Origin: Paraphysomonas bandaiensis | Taxonomy: Eukaryota > Protista > Chrysophyceae | Length of the DNA stretch: 64,000 nucleotides | NCBI GenBank assembly: GCA_965644295.1 | Contig: CBFFRP010000113.1 | Location: 38,785 to 102,784 of the forward strand | Direction: 5' to 3' | Part shown: positions 1 to 10,740 of the stretch, piece by piece | Position numbering within the stretch: position 1 is the stretch's first letter | How the letters are laid out: each line of letters begins with the position of its first letter | The notes under the pieces: model-generated | What the model was told of the DNA's origin: nothing | Databases searched by the model: none | Seen by the model: the letters and a program-made list of their open reading frames with translations, nothing else | Program-made: the position numbers and the translations under genes

Positions 1-420
1 TATGAATTCGAGTTCGTTATGTTCGACCTCGCAGTCACTGAAAAGATGATCCAATATATGGAGAAAGAATATACTGCCCTAGAGAAAAAGATCAAAAGTC
101 AGCACTCAGCCGCGATGCAGGAATTAGTTCGAAATCATTCCATTGAAAAAGCACGTGCAGTTACAGACGAGCTCTCCACAACGGAATTTAATTTACTTCA
201 AGAAAATCACAACTTGGAAAAATCTAAGCTAGAGGAAAAACTACAAGTAATCGCTACTGAAAAGCGGTCCAGATTTAAAAATTCTCGTGAAAAGACTATG
301 GCGAAACTATCCGATAAGTTGGATGCAATTAGAAGAAAGAGTCATACTGCCATGCTGTCCCCCACAGCAATCAATCAGTTTCAGGCTATCTGCAATATCT
401 ATAAGTTGCTTCGCGTATAG
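1..420 (+). CDS. 3' part of a coiled-coil hypothetical protein (5' end probably outside the window)
   Basis: Frame is open from base 1 to TAG at 418-420; K/E/L-rich helical composition; no recognisable domain. Confidence 0.5.
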   Translation, partial: YEFEFVMFDLAVTEKMIQYMEKEYTALEKKIKSQHSAAMQELVRNHSIEKARAVTDELSTTEFNLLQENHNLEKSKLEEKLQVIATEKRSRFKNSREKTMAKLSDKLDAIRRKSHTAMLSPTAINQFQAICNIYKLLRV

Positions 421-681
421 CATTTATTGTTTCGATTTCCGTAAGTGTTTGTAGAAAATGTAGGTTTGGGACATTGTCTCTGTTCTACATTCTGTATATG
501 CTGTGTTTTTCTGTTGTTTTTGCTTCACTGCTTGCTACACGTTTAAGGGAGACCTCGTTTCTCGTTTAAAATACTACATATTCACTGGAACGTGGACAGT
601 GATATAAATTATAATATATATTTGTAGAAGTCTATTTGAGATAGAGAACGCTTAACCTTTGTGTAATACATCATATATCCG

Positions 682-946
682 TATTAGGATTCAGCTTAAT
701 ACATGATTGTATCTGTGAGTTATAATGTTCAATGAAATATACCATGAACTGAATTAGAGAGAGTATCTGTCGAAGATACGTGATCGTCATCATAACGTCG
801 TCATTATCAGTTACACTTCTAACTATTCCGTTGTGCATGATAGTACGTTCTATATTGTTATTTATAATTTTCACTCTATCGTGTTCATTACTTACACTCT
901 AATAATCACAACATTGTTTTACTATTATAAAGATCAATTCTTTATT
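682..946 (+). repeat. 5' LTR (265 bp)
   Basis: Direct repeat of 6176-6440; starts TATTAGG, ends CTTTATT. Confidence 0.95.
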
Positions 947-956
947 TGGTAGCGAG
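947..956 (+). promoter_or_regulatory. Primer binding site (probably initiator tRNA-Met)
   Basis: TGGTAGCGAG directly after the LTR. TGG complements the tRNA CCA end, and TGGTA fits the A1:U72 signature of eukaryotic tRNAi-Met. Confidence 0.75.
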
Positions 957-2015
957 ATGTCAGTTAAAGTTACAAGTTACGACTCAACCGACTCGGATTC
1001 AACAACCGAAAAACAGAAAGACTCAATGCCAAAGTTCGACGCGAAGAACTTCTCCAAGTGGCAGAAGAAGTGCCGTGCATGGTTTTACAGAAAGCCCAAG
1101 ATCGTTTATACCCTACAAAACGATCATCCAACTGAACCTGAAGAAGGAGAGATTTCAGATGACGAAGATTACCAATATCGACTCGACCAGTATCACGAAA
1201 CGAAACGATATTATGATGAAGGTAATAATTACCTATGGTCTGTCATTTCGAGCGCTGTCATTGGTCAGGATGAAGAGGCCGAAGGGATTTTGGAAAACGT
1301 CCCCGATGGAGACGGAAAAACCGCCTGGACGGATTTGCTATCCCACTTCAAAGAAAAAACGACTAACGATGTAATCACCGATCTGATTGGTCAATTTCAG
1401 AGCCTAAAAATCAAAAAAGGTCAGTCAATAATCAATTTTCTTGACGCTATCGAAAAGCTCAAAAACAAGCTTATCAATTACGGTCATCGGATCAACGACC
1501 AAGACTTAATATCCCGAATACGACAGGGAATTGTTTCAGAAGATAACATGGTTTACCGAGAATTGGCAATTAATCTGCAGCTACATCCAATTGATGATTA
1601 TAAAGTATTGATTCGCAGACTTCGCGGGTTAGGAAGCTCGTCTGTTGGAACGCTCCTATCATCCAACAATGAAGACACAAAAACTGACAGTAGTCACCTC
1701 GCAGCATCAAAAGCCCCATTTTCCCGCAGCAAAGTCAATTTTAAGCGAAAAAGAGGGACATCTTCCAAATATCGCTCCAATAAACAGAAACATGATAAGA
1801 GAACCGATAAAGACATTAAGTGCTTCAGATGCGGAGGAAAGGGGCACATTGCATCGGAATGCAAGCACTCCTGGGAGAAGATTCAAGAGATGAAAAGCTC
1901 CTCCGACAACAAGTCATCAACAAGAGGAAAACCGAAATTCAAGAGAGTGAAATTCCAGACTCAGAGTAACGAATATTTCCACGACCACTCTGATCAACTT
2001 GCAAATAAATTATGA
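957..2015 (+). CDS. gag: Copia Gag (capsid plus CCHC zinc knuckle)
   Basis: 352-aa ORF; FSKW and DGKTAWTDL copia Gag motifs; zinc knuckle CFRCGGKGHIASEC. Confidence 0.92.
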   Translation: MSVKVTSYDSTDSDSTTEKQKDSMPKFDAKNFSKWQKKCRAWFYRKPKIVYTLQNDHPTEPEEGEISDDEDYQYRLDQYHETKRYYDEGNNYLWSVISSAVIGQDEEAEGILENVPDGDGKTAWTDLLSHFKEKTTNDVITDLIGQFQSLKIKKGQSIINFLDAIEKLKNKLINYGHRINDQDLISRIRQGIVSEDNMVYRELAINLQLHPIDDYKVLIRRLRGLGSSSVGTLLSSNNEDTKTDSSHLAASKAPFSRSKVNFKRKRGTSSKYRSNKQKHDKRTDKDIKCFRCGGKGHIASECKHSWEKIQEMKSSSDNKSSTRGKPKFKRVKFQTQSNEYFHDHSDQLANKL

Positions 2016-5000
2016 AGACAGTGGTCCATCGTCAGATTATCAAAAAGGACGAGACTACGGAGGAGTTGCTTACACACCGAGCGATGAATCACACTTCGTT
2101 AGTGATCAAAAGGCAGGAATGGGATCTCTTGACTCGGGGTGCACAGTATCAATTACATCAGAAGCAAGCTACCTTACGGACTACACTGATTGCCTCACCG
2201 AGATTCAAACAGCCAAATCAGGGTCTACAATGATATCCTCAGGTCATGGAAGACTTGGAATCATCCCCAAGTGCAAACACGTGGACCAAGCGTCTAGGAC
2301 CCTCATTTCTATTAGCCAACTGGATGACCTCGGACATGAAATCATATTCAGAAACCAGTCAGTGGAAATATTTAAAGACGGCATATTGCTATCGAAAGGC
2401 CAGCGCGTTGGAGGCCTATACGAAATTCCACTATCAGACCTCGGTATTCCCACTGATGAATCTCACCTCGCATCAACTGCCTCAGGTCAACCTGCACTGT
2501 TAGCACATAAGAGACTAGCACATGCATCACTTGGACTCATACAGAAGGCAATAAAATCACGTCTAATAACTGGTGTCAAGATGACAAAAGAGGAGATGAG
2601 TGTTGCCTCTCTACCTGGCGGTTTATGCGATGGATGTGCGACTGGGAAATCACATAGACGAAAGCACAGGAATGCCACCCGCCAAATGTTGTTGAAAAGA
2701 ATGAGAAGGGCAAAGGAGCTGGGGGAGCTCATAGTAGCCGATTTCTCAGGACCACATACACCCGATGCAATTATTACCGGAAATCGATATGTACTTGGGA
2801 TCGCTGATGTAGCATCAAGGTACCAGTGGGACTCCTACGGAACAACGAGAGATGAAAATTTCGTTATCCAATCCATTCAGAAAGTCGTCACGTATCTACG
2901 CAGTAGGGGTAAACGACTACAACATTACCATGCCGATGGAGGGAAGGAACTAGTCTCACGAAAAGTATTGGAATATCTCCAATACATTGGAGCAACATGG
3001 ACTTTTAACGCTCCCTATACTCCCGAGGACAACCCATTTCAAGAGCGACCATGGAGAACCATCAAAGAACGAGCACTTAGTAGCTTGATGGATTCAGGTC
3101 TTCCAACGAATTTCTGGGAACAAGCCATGAAGACATCCACACACATGAAGAACAGGCTACCTTGCAAAACTGCTAAAGGATTCATGTCCCCACTCCAATT
3201 CATCGAAAACGAAATACCAGACTTGAGTTATGCCAGAATATGGGGATGTAAATGCTTTGTGAATATCGATTCCAGTCTCCGAAAGAACAACTGGGACAGA
3301 CATAGCTGGCCTGGGTATTTTATGGGCTATCGAGAGGATGGTCCTGGATATATAGTCTTTGTTCCCGCATTAAGAGATTTTGTTATATCAGGACATGTAT
3401 TTTTCAACGAATGTGTTCCACCAGCAGATAAGAGATACTTTAAGGAGATAAATGAGATATTCAGAGAGAATGAGACCACCAGGACAGTAGAAAGTTTCAA
3501 ATATCTCATAGGTCTAGCTCATGTAGATCCAGACGATGGATTAACATATGTAACGACTCAAATAAAGCTCAGAAAAGGATTAATCGCAGCGTATCGTGGT
3601 CTAGTGGACGACAGCGGTGACACTACACGAATCATCCAGCTCGACGACCCCATTCATGCTGCAGACGTCGAAAAGTACACTGAAGAATACATAGAACTCA
3701 AAGCAGTTGGTCTCAAATGTATTACGTCTCGATCGAAAACCCCAATACATAAATCCAGCAAATCAGATCAAGACCCCGATACAGTTATTGGATCTCCAGC
3801 GCCAGCCGCTACTTCCAGGGGGAGTGGCGTAAATCTCAGACATCATGATGCCGCGCAGGAGAGAATCAGCAGCCATCGGTGTGAACCTACCCACTCCGAT
3901 GCAAAGATAGCGAAGACTCGCCCTCCGAAACAATTCAATGGGAATCTAGTGCCGAATCCGGCACCACACGGTCAAGTGGATCGTGTGCGTCAGCGTGTGG
4001 CCAAACGCTGTAACAAGTCTGCTGATTCATCGGGAGATTGGGAAAATCAGGGTACACCTGAAGGGCCAAGTAAGGTCCGTGCTACAGCAAAACAACAATT
4101 TTTAGCTGGTAGAAAGAGTGTTCTCCGAAGCAGGAGAATGGCCAGGAAACGGGTAATTGTAAATATACACAAACTAGGTGATGGTGTATATACATGTGAT
4201 GTAAATGCTAAACATGTAGTAAATCATATGGCACATGACACACAATGTATATCAAAATTACATACAAACAATATTGATATTGTTATGCATGCTATCAGTA
4301 ATTGCGATGACATTGACGAGCTAACCGATACACCAAAGAGTGTTCAAGATGCTATTTCAGGTAAATATAAACAGCAGTGGATCGATGCTATCAATAGAGA
4401 AATATCCACTCTTCAGAGGAAAGGGTGCTGGAGATACACTGCGTTACCACCTGGAGCAAGAGCCATAAAGGGGAAACTCATATTAAAAATAAAAATAAAA
4501 CAGAATGATATCAAATTCAAGGCTCGACTAGTCGCACAGGGTTTTACTCAAATCCAAGGCATCGATTACAATGATACATACAGCCCCGTCGCTAAGGCTA
4601 CATCACTACGTACAATTATTGCCCTTTCGACTATTATGAAACTCAAATTGCACCAAATCGATTTCACAACTGCGTACATCAATGCTGACCTCGAAGAGGA
4701 CATATACATGTATCCCCCTCCTGGCATGGACGTCCCTGACGGAAAAGTCCTCAAACTGATGAAAAGCATCTATGGTCTAAAGCAAGCAGGTCTTAACTGG
4801 TATAAGTGCTGTACAAATTTTATGCTAGATATGGGTTTCACCAGACTAATATCTGACCCGTGTATATTCAAAAAGCAGATTAATGGCAGGATTATGCTAA
4901 TAGCCATGTATGTGGATGATATTATTATAGCATCTACATCCGACACTGATATCCAACAATTCAAAGACCATTTATCCAAAAAGTTCGAAATTACGGATCT

Positions 5001-5976
5001 CGGACTCCTAGACTATTACTTGGGCATCTCCATTCATCAAGATTTTGACAAAAATATCACGACTCTCAGTCAGGAGCAGTACGTCAGAAAGCTACTGGAC
5101 AAATTCAACATGTCTAACAGTAAACCCATGTCAACACCTATGTTACTGTCTTTCAACTATGATTTACATGAATACAATCATCTTTCAGAGTCAAATCAAA
5201 GTTATGTTCAGAATTTCCCCTACAAGGAGCTCATAGGTTCCCTAATGTATCTAGCTGTATGCACTCGACCGGATATCGCCTATGCAGTCAATACTCTTGC
5301 CAGATTTTCTGATATGCCTAATCTAACTACCTGTAATGCTGCGCTACATGTTCTTAGGTATCTCAAAGGCACTGCTAAGCAAGGATTGATATATTCTGGA
5401 TCCCACATAACATTGTCAGGATACTGCGATAGCGATTGGGCACGGTGTCACCTCACTCGACGGTCCACTACAGCCTTTACATTCTTCATAGGTAATTGTC
5501 TTATATCATGGCAATCTCGATTACAGACAACTGTGGCATTGTCATCTACTGAAGCTGAGTATATGGCTCTATCGTCAGCAGCTCAGGAAGCATTATGGCT
5601 ACGCTCTTTATTATCAGAAATTGGTTTCAAACTTCCATTCTCAACAACTATTTGGTGCGATAATAAAGGGGCAGTCCAATTATGTTACAATCCTACTCAT
5701 CATCGTCGTACGAAACATATTGCGATACGGTATCATTTCATTCGAGAAAATATTGCCGAAAACCAATTGACTGTTGACCATATTCCCACCACGTCAATGT
5801 TAGCCGATCTTCTCACGAAACCACTAGGAACAACTAATTTTCTTCAATTGCGAACTACATTGATGGGGGGAGCTGGGTTCGACATCCCATCCAGCAGCAA
5901 CAGGAAGCGATCAACAACCTCAGAGACACCTAAATCACAATTAACAAGCCACAAGCGACCTAGGTGGCTAGTTTGA
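1951..5976 (+). CDS. pol: Copia Pol polyprotein (PR-IN-RT-RNase H), +1 frame relative to gag, no nearby ATG of its own
   Basis: Frame open from 1951. Protease LDSGCT; HHCC (HKRLAH...CDGC); integrase D-D-E (ADFSGP/HADGG/QERPWR); RT KARLVAQG, YGLKQA, YVDD; RNase H CDSDW, TEAEY, ADLLTK. Confidence 0.95.
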   Translation, partial: NSRLRVTNISTTTLINLQINYEDSGPSSDYQKGRDYGGVAYTPSDESHFVSDQKAGMGSLDSGCTVSITSEASYLTDYTDCLTEIQTAKSGSTMISSGHGRLGIIPKCKHVDQASRTLISISQLDDLGHEIIFRNQSVEIFKDGILLSKGQRVGGLYEIPLSDLGIPTDESHLASTASGQPALLAHKRLAHASLGLIQKAIKSRLITGVKMTKEEMSVASLPGGLCDGCATGKSHRRKHRNATRQMLLKRMRRAKELGELIVADFSGPHTPDAIITGNRYVLGIADVASRYQWDSYGTTRDENFVIQSIQKVVTYLRSRGKRLQHYHADGGKELVSRKVLEYLQYIGATWTFNAPYTPEDNPFQERPWRTIKERALSSLMDSGLPTNFWEQAMKTSTHMKNRLPCKTAKGFMSPLQFIENEIPDLSYARIWGCKCFVNIDSSLRKNNWDRHSWPGYFMGYREDGPGYIVFVPALRDFVISGHVFFNECVPPADKRYFKEINEIFRENETTRTVESFKYLIGLAHVDPDDGLTYVTTQIKLRKGLIAAYRGLVDDSGDTTRIIQLDDPIHAADVEKYTEEYIELKAVGLKCITSRSKTPIHKSSKSDQDPDTVIGSPAPAATSRGSGVNLRHHDAAQERISSHRCEPTHSDAKIAKTRPPKQFNGNLVPNPAPHGQVDRVRQRVAKRCNKSADSSGDWENQGTPEGPSKVRATAKQQFLAGRKSVLRSRRMARKRVIVNIHKLGDGVYTCDVNAKHVVNHMAHDTQCISKLHTNNIDIVMHAISNCDDIDELTDTPKSVQDAISGKYKQQWIDAINREISTLQRKGCWRYTALPPGARAIKGKLILKIKIKQNDIKFKARLVAQGFTQIQGIDYNDTYSPVAKATSLRTIIALSTIMKLKLHQIDFTTAYINADLEEDIYMYPPPGMDVPDGKVLKLMKSIYGLKQAGLNWYKCCTNFMLDMGFTRLISDPCIFKKQINGRIMLIAMYVDDIIIASTSDTDIQQFKDHLSKKFEITDLGLLDYYLGISIHQDFDKNITTLSQEQYVRKLLDKFNMSNSKPMSTPMLLSFNYDLHEYNHLSESNQSYVQNFPYKELIGSLMYLAVCTRPDIAYAVNTLARFSDMPNLTTCNAALHVLRYLKGTAKQGLIYSGSHITLSGYCDSDWARCHLTRRSTTAFTFFIGNCLISWQSRLQTTVALSSTEAEYMALSSAAQEALWLRSLLSEIGFKLPFSTTIWCDNKGAVQLCYNPTHHRRTKHIAIRYHFIRENIAENQLTVDHIPTTSMLADLLTKPLGTTNFLQLRTTLMGGAGFDIPSSSNRKRSTTSETPKSQLTSHKRPRWLV

Positions 5977-6165
5977 GTTACACGGAGTTTTTACCATTTT
6001 TTTTACTTTTATTCAATACATGATGCTGGACTAGAAGGATGGTCTCACAATATGGCATCTCTGCAGTTCGCTTATTATTGACTAGTGACTGCTACTCTGG
6101 TTTTTACTCTCAGTGTGCATAAGTTCATATTCTCTCTATTATCTACGGTTCACTGATTATTTCAT

Positions 6166-6175
6166 TGAGGGGGCG
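6166..6175 (+). promoter_or_regulatory. Polypurine tract
   Basis: TGAGGGGG-CG immediately before the 3' LTR. Confidence 0.85.
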
Positions 6176-6440
6176 TATTAGGATTCAGCTTAATACATGA
6201 TTGTATCTGTGAGTTATAATGTTCAATGAAATATACCATGAACTGAATTAGAGAGAGTATCTGTCGAAGATACGTGATCGTCATCATAACGTCGTCATTA
6301 TCAGTTACACTTCTAACTATTCCGTTGTGCATGATAGTACGTTCTATATTGTTATTTATAATTTTCACTCTATCGTGTTCATTACTTACACTCTAATAAT
6401 CACAACATTGTTTTACTATTATAAAGATCAATTCTTTATT
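6176..6440 (+). repeat. 3' LTR (265 bp)
   Basis: Direct repeat of 682-946, followed by TSD ATCCG. Confidence 0.95.
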
Positions 6441-6740
6441 ATCCGAAACTGTTAAAATAGTTAGTATGTTAAAAAGCTACCATATAACTACACCTTTCAA
6501 GTGCTCTCAATTAGTAACCAACAAAGTAAACAACTGAATTTGTTTACAGTTAATATATTTCACTTTCACTAATAAAATTCATATCATTCGTTCATGTAAT
6601 ACAGTTGCCGACTACTGTATTCTTCAAATAACGGTCAACTGAAGAATAGAAAAATCGCCAACTGTGTCAGTCACAATTACTCACACATACTTTTAATCTA
6701 AAATATCTATATTCTGTAAGCCGACAAAAGTCACTATTCA

Positions 6741-8224
6741 CTAATTTAGATTTTTATAATTTTCTACAATTTGACTCAGTGAACGAAATGCCGACACAAA
6801 TTCGTCAGCTTCTAGTCCACATGATTTATACTGATGAACATATGCTCCAGATTTAAACATATTGGCACCACACAATAACGGTCTCCGCAAAGTAGGAATC
6901 ACAGATTGGCCATTCGATATTAACGAAGCAGATCGTAGATATCCGTTGGCAGAAATAGGGGAGTAATTAATAGTGCATGCTGGCGAAATACCTCCAGCCC
7001 AGGAAACGTATGACGAGGTGAACTGAATGTCTGCGGATCCTATCCTTCTTGCGGCATCACCAGCACCTTCACCATGTAGAGTCAGTGTACTGGCGATATT
7101 ACGCATTTGCCCTGATTCAAATATATCCTGCTTCAGACCTCTCTCCGACGCACTTCCAGAGGAGTCCATACGTGAAATTGCACGCAAGATTGCACTCCAG
7201 CTGTCGTATGTATAATCCACTGATGCCATAGATGTCTGCAACAATAATACAACAATAAGTGACACATAAGTAGTGCGGCATATACTTAGGATATCACGCA
7301 ACCTGTGGTGTATTTTTGACGTCCATGAACCTATATCCCGGGTGCCCACATAGATGTGCCATATCCTGCCCCAGTAGCCCCGAAATGCCATCACAACAGG
7401 GAGATGAGACCCTCTTCGGAATGAAGGCGGGAACTACGGATGAGGTGATCGACCGATTAACGTCGTAAAGTGTCGGCTGCTCAATACCACGCATACTAAC
7501 ACAAAGATTATGTGCAACCTGGTATAACAGGTACAACACAGATTAATAAGTCAGGAATATATCCAAGTTAACTGCAGACATACCTCATTCTCATAAAGCA
7601 ATACGCCATTGGACGAACTTGCAATTTTCGCAAGGGAAAGAACAGAGTTGTAGTGCTGCACAACCACTTCGCCAAAGTGATAAGGCATTACAGCCAGGTT
7701 AATAATACTGGAGCCTGAAAACTGCAGAGTTCACGTTGGTGCACACTCCATATAAATAAATTGAATACCTCATCGCTAATTTCTTCTGTAATTCGAGTCC
7801 CAAGGCCGGAGCCTGTTCCACCTCCCAGAGAATGCATAACCACGAGGGTGGAGCTGATATCGACTTGTTCAAGTTCATGGCGTATACGGTCCAAAGCACT
7901 TTCACGAAACGATCCAGAGCAAAGCTGATAGCCCATAGCCCAGTTATTACCAGCGCCTCCATGCCGATACACGGAACAGTTCGGGTCAAATGTCCACTTC
8001 TTCGACAACTTTGCATGTTCAATACACTCATGTATCACTTTCGGCTCGGTGTCTATGCATACACTGCGAGCGACCCACTTGGGCTCTGTTTGAGACCTTC
8101 CCGACTGACGTAACCGAAAAAAATATGGCAACAAATCTCGATGTTCTTCTAAGTGTTCATAGAGGGAATCTAAAACACAGAATCCCAGCTGGTTCCCACA
8201 TTGACCAGCCTGGATACAAATCAT
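6741..8224 (-). CDS. TUBD1: Delta-tubulin (multi-exon)
   Basis: IQAGQCGNQLG, DTEPKV, GAGNNWAMGY, HSLGGGTGSGLG; short internal exon with delta-type GEVVVQHYNSVLSL; C-terminal GAYVHQY. Introns near 7715-7768 and 7520-7584. Confidence 0.88.
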
Positions 8225-8326
8225 TATTGTGAGGTGGGCACTCTATATTTCTATCAGTCTATGGTATCATAGCAAAGTCAACAGAATTGCCTGCATAAAC
8301 TCGGAGAAAAACTCATGAAAGTATAT

Positions 8327-9323
8327 TGCAAATTTCTAGTTTTCACATGCAAATCGCAGCTTTCATTGGAGGGCTACAAAAAATATTAGATTTCTATAGT
8401 ACTGTACACCAACAGAGTATGTACTCCGGGAAAATACGGTATTCATGTACATACATACTGCATACTGCTGTATGGTACAGCTCTGCAATTAGAATTTCTA
8501 GGATGTAATTTATATGCGGACTTTTCTTGTATGGGAAAGTTGGCCCTCTTTTTTCAGGCCCGTGGTGCGAAATTCTTGCATCTGCTTCAATGAAAGCCGT
8601 ACTTTTACGCCCTTTCCACCCACAGCTGTCCGCAGGACATATCCTCCAAACGATTTTTTTTCATAAAGTTCAAGAGTAACTTGAAATCAATGCCATGAAG
8701 CCGGTGGAAATGCCATGATACACTAAAGCAAGCTTAGGAGAGCATATTGTCCGACTTGGAACTTAAACGAGCTGAGAATTGCTTCTGCAGTGCAGTGCAG
8801 TGCTGAATGAAACGATCTTTGTCATTCCATAACTTGAGTGACCTCCATATCGATAAGGCCCTATGTGTTCACCAAGATGTGAGAAAATCGAAGTCATGTA
8901 ACTTTGTTGCGAATGGGTATCGACCGATATTTGAGTTTGAAGCACTTGATGAATTGCTAGATCTCTGCGGTAATACAGAAGATGAAACTGACCCATTAGC
9001 AAGTGCGATGGCGACATCTTCCATCTCGGAACCACAGAAAACATCTCCTACGACTCCACGTGTAAATTATTACAGCATTAAACAGTTGTTGAATAACCAA
9101 TTACCAGAATCATCAACCTCAAAGTCACGGATAGAAACGAATATGTAGCTTAGCCCATGCACGTGCTGTTGTCGACGATTTCTTGTGTTATATACGTGAA
9201 TAAACTGTTTATATGTACAGTGGAATAATAAGTTACAATATGACTTTAGATATAATAGTAGTGTAGCTCTCCATTGATAGTACTGATGGAGTTTTTAAAC
9301 CGGCCCTACAATACCACTGCAAT
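8327..9323 (+). repeat. ~1-kb segmental duplication, copy 1
   Basis: Near-identical to ~10741-11737 (offset 2414 bp). Confidence 0.92.
8807..9148 (+). CDS. Hypothetical 113-aa protein, copy 1
   Basis: ATG-started ORF (MKRSLSF...) intact in both duplicate copies, downstream of an RY-rich promoter-like tract. Confidence 0.5.
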   Translation: MKRSLSFHNLSDLHIDKALCVHQDVRKSKSCNFVANGYRPIFEFEALDELLDLCGNTEDETDPLASAMATSSISEPQKTSPTTPRVNYYSIKQLLNNQLPESSTSKSRIETNM

Positions 9324-9324
9324 G

Positions 9325-9750
9325 TATTCAGAAACAACAGCATATTAAGTGTAGTAGGATGCATACGTATGAACAACACTGATATAATCAGTTTTGCTGC
9401 GCTGAACATGCGTTCACATGTATTGGAAGTACATACTACATGACTTCTGCACCTGTACTGAGATATTTCAACTTCCGTTTCTTAAGATTTTGAGCTGGTT
9501 GATGAATTTTTTCCACATATCCAACTTCAGCTTCATTACCCTCTGTATTGTTGCAATAATCACTGTCTGAACGAAAATTTATATACACGGACTTATATTT
9601 TTTACCCTACAATCACAGTATTGTTTGCAATATATTGCAATAAGTTGTGAGCTACTTTAACAGAAAAAAAATTAATGAAATTTTTAGACGTTCCGCAAAT
9701 CAATATAATTTGCAATATATTGCAATACAATATATTGTACCCTATCCCTG
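9325..9750 (-). mobile_element. Truncated non-autonomous hAT element with transposase C-terminal remnant
   Basis: Terminus CAGGGATAGGGTACAATATATTG at 9750. Minus-strand translation VVCTSNTCERMFSAAKLII...MHPTTLNMLLFLN matches the hAT dimerisation motif. Inverted homolog at 20965-21270. Confidence 0.75.
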
Positions 9751-10047
9751 ACAGAAAGTGCATACATTCGTATATACTATATATGCAGTTCACTGTGCAT
9801 TGTAAGAGTTAACACGCTAAACTACTGTTCTGTTCTATTTCATGACGAAAGGGACATGTAGAATATGACCGATATTATTGTATACATGTACAAAATATGT
9901 AGCTAATATATAGACGTAGTGGCTAATGCTCTTTAATTAAAATACCTACCCAGCTGTAAAATTACATATTACTTGCAGCAATGGATGAACAATTAATACA
10001 CAAACACTTCGCATATGCGTTACACAAATGATCTAGACTATAAAGCT

Positions 10048-10525
10048 TCACTCTTGCTTAGTTTCCGCGGGATCAGTCTTCTTCGCAACTCTATAAAACA
10101 TAGGAATCAGTTACATTATGAAGGATATAAAATGCATACCTAATAAGAGTAAAACCCATATTGGTCGTGCGGTGCCCAAGCAAATGCTTTTTAAATGCAT
10201 TTTCGATTTGCTGACGGGCACCAGGTGACATCTTTGCACCCATTAAATATAAGACCTCGACTGTTTCGTTGGTGTTTAGCCACTCTGCTAGTAGAGCCGC
10301 ACCCTCATCCTTCAAATCATTGAAGCGGAGACTAAGGGTTGTAATAGAGGGTCCAATGTTGTCAAGAATGTAAGCCAAAATATCCAGGTTTCCTGGAGGA
10401 AGGCATGCGTCTAAATTTAAAACAGAAGGTTGTTTATTCTCAAGAATCTCAACTACATCCCTCAATCTTCCAGTCGGCAGAACAGGTCTAACGGATGATG
10501 ATACTGATTCGTCAAAGTCTTCCAT
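10048..10525 (-). CDS. Small RNI-like leucine-rich-repeat protein (2 exons)
   Basis: ITTLSLRFNDLKDEGAALLAEWL..NETVEVLYL LRR pattern; 49-nt GT-AG intron 10139-10091; stop at 10048. Confidence 0.78.
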
Positions 10526-10740
10526 TTTAGTTGATTATTAAGGATTATGGAATCTTACGAAAGTCAACTGGAATAAATGTTGTTACTTGTTCATCCTCCC
10601 ATCAATCTAATGAAAACGGAGTACTATCGCTGAGAGTACTCCCACTTGTCTAAAATCAGTGAACTCTATGTACCATAAAACCCGGTATTTTGGGGGCTGT
10701 TTGACAACTAAGAGGCAGGTGAAACTGCTCATACAATAAA

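Larger units (their letters stand above)
682..6440 (+). mobile_element. Full-length Ty1/copia LTR retrotransposon, very recent insertion
   Basis: Two 265-bp LTRs (682-946, 6176-6440) that read as identical. 5-bp TSD ATCCG (677-681, 6441-6445), PBS and PPT present, gag followed by PR-IN-RT-RH (copia order). Confidence 0.97.

Noticed and set aside
671-874. 67-68-aa minus-strand ORFs at 671-874 and 6162-6368
   Set aside because: Chance ORFs inside the LTRs, duplicated only because the LTRs are.
5861-5872. Second PPT-like G-run at the end of RNase H
   Set aside because: Encodes Met-Gly-Gly in frame and is not followed by LTR sequence; no evidence of use.
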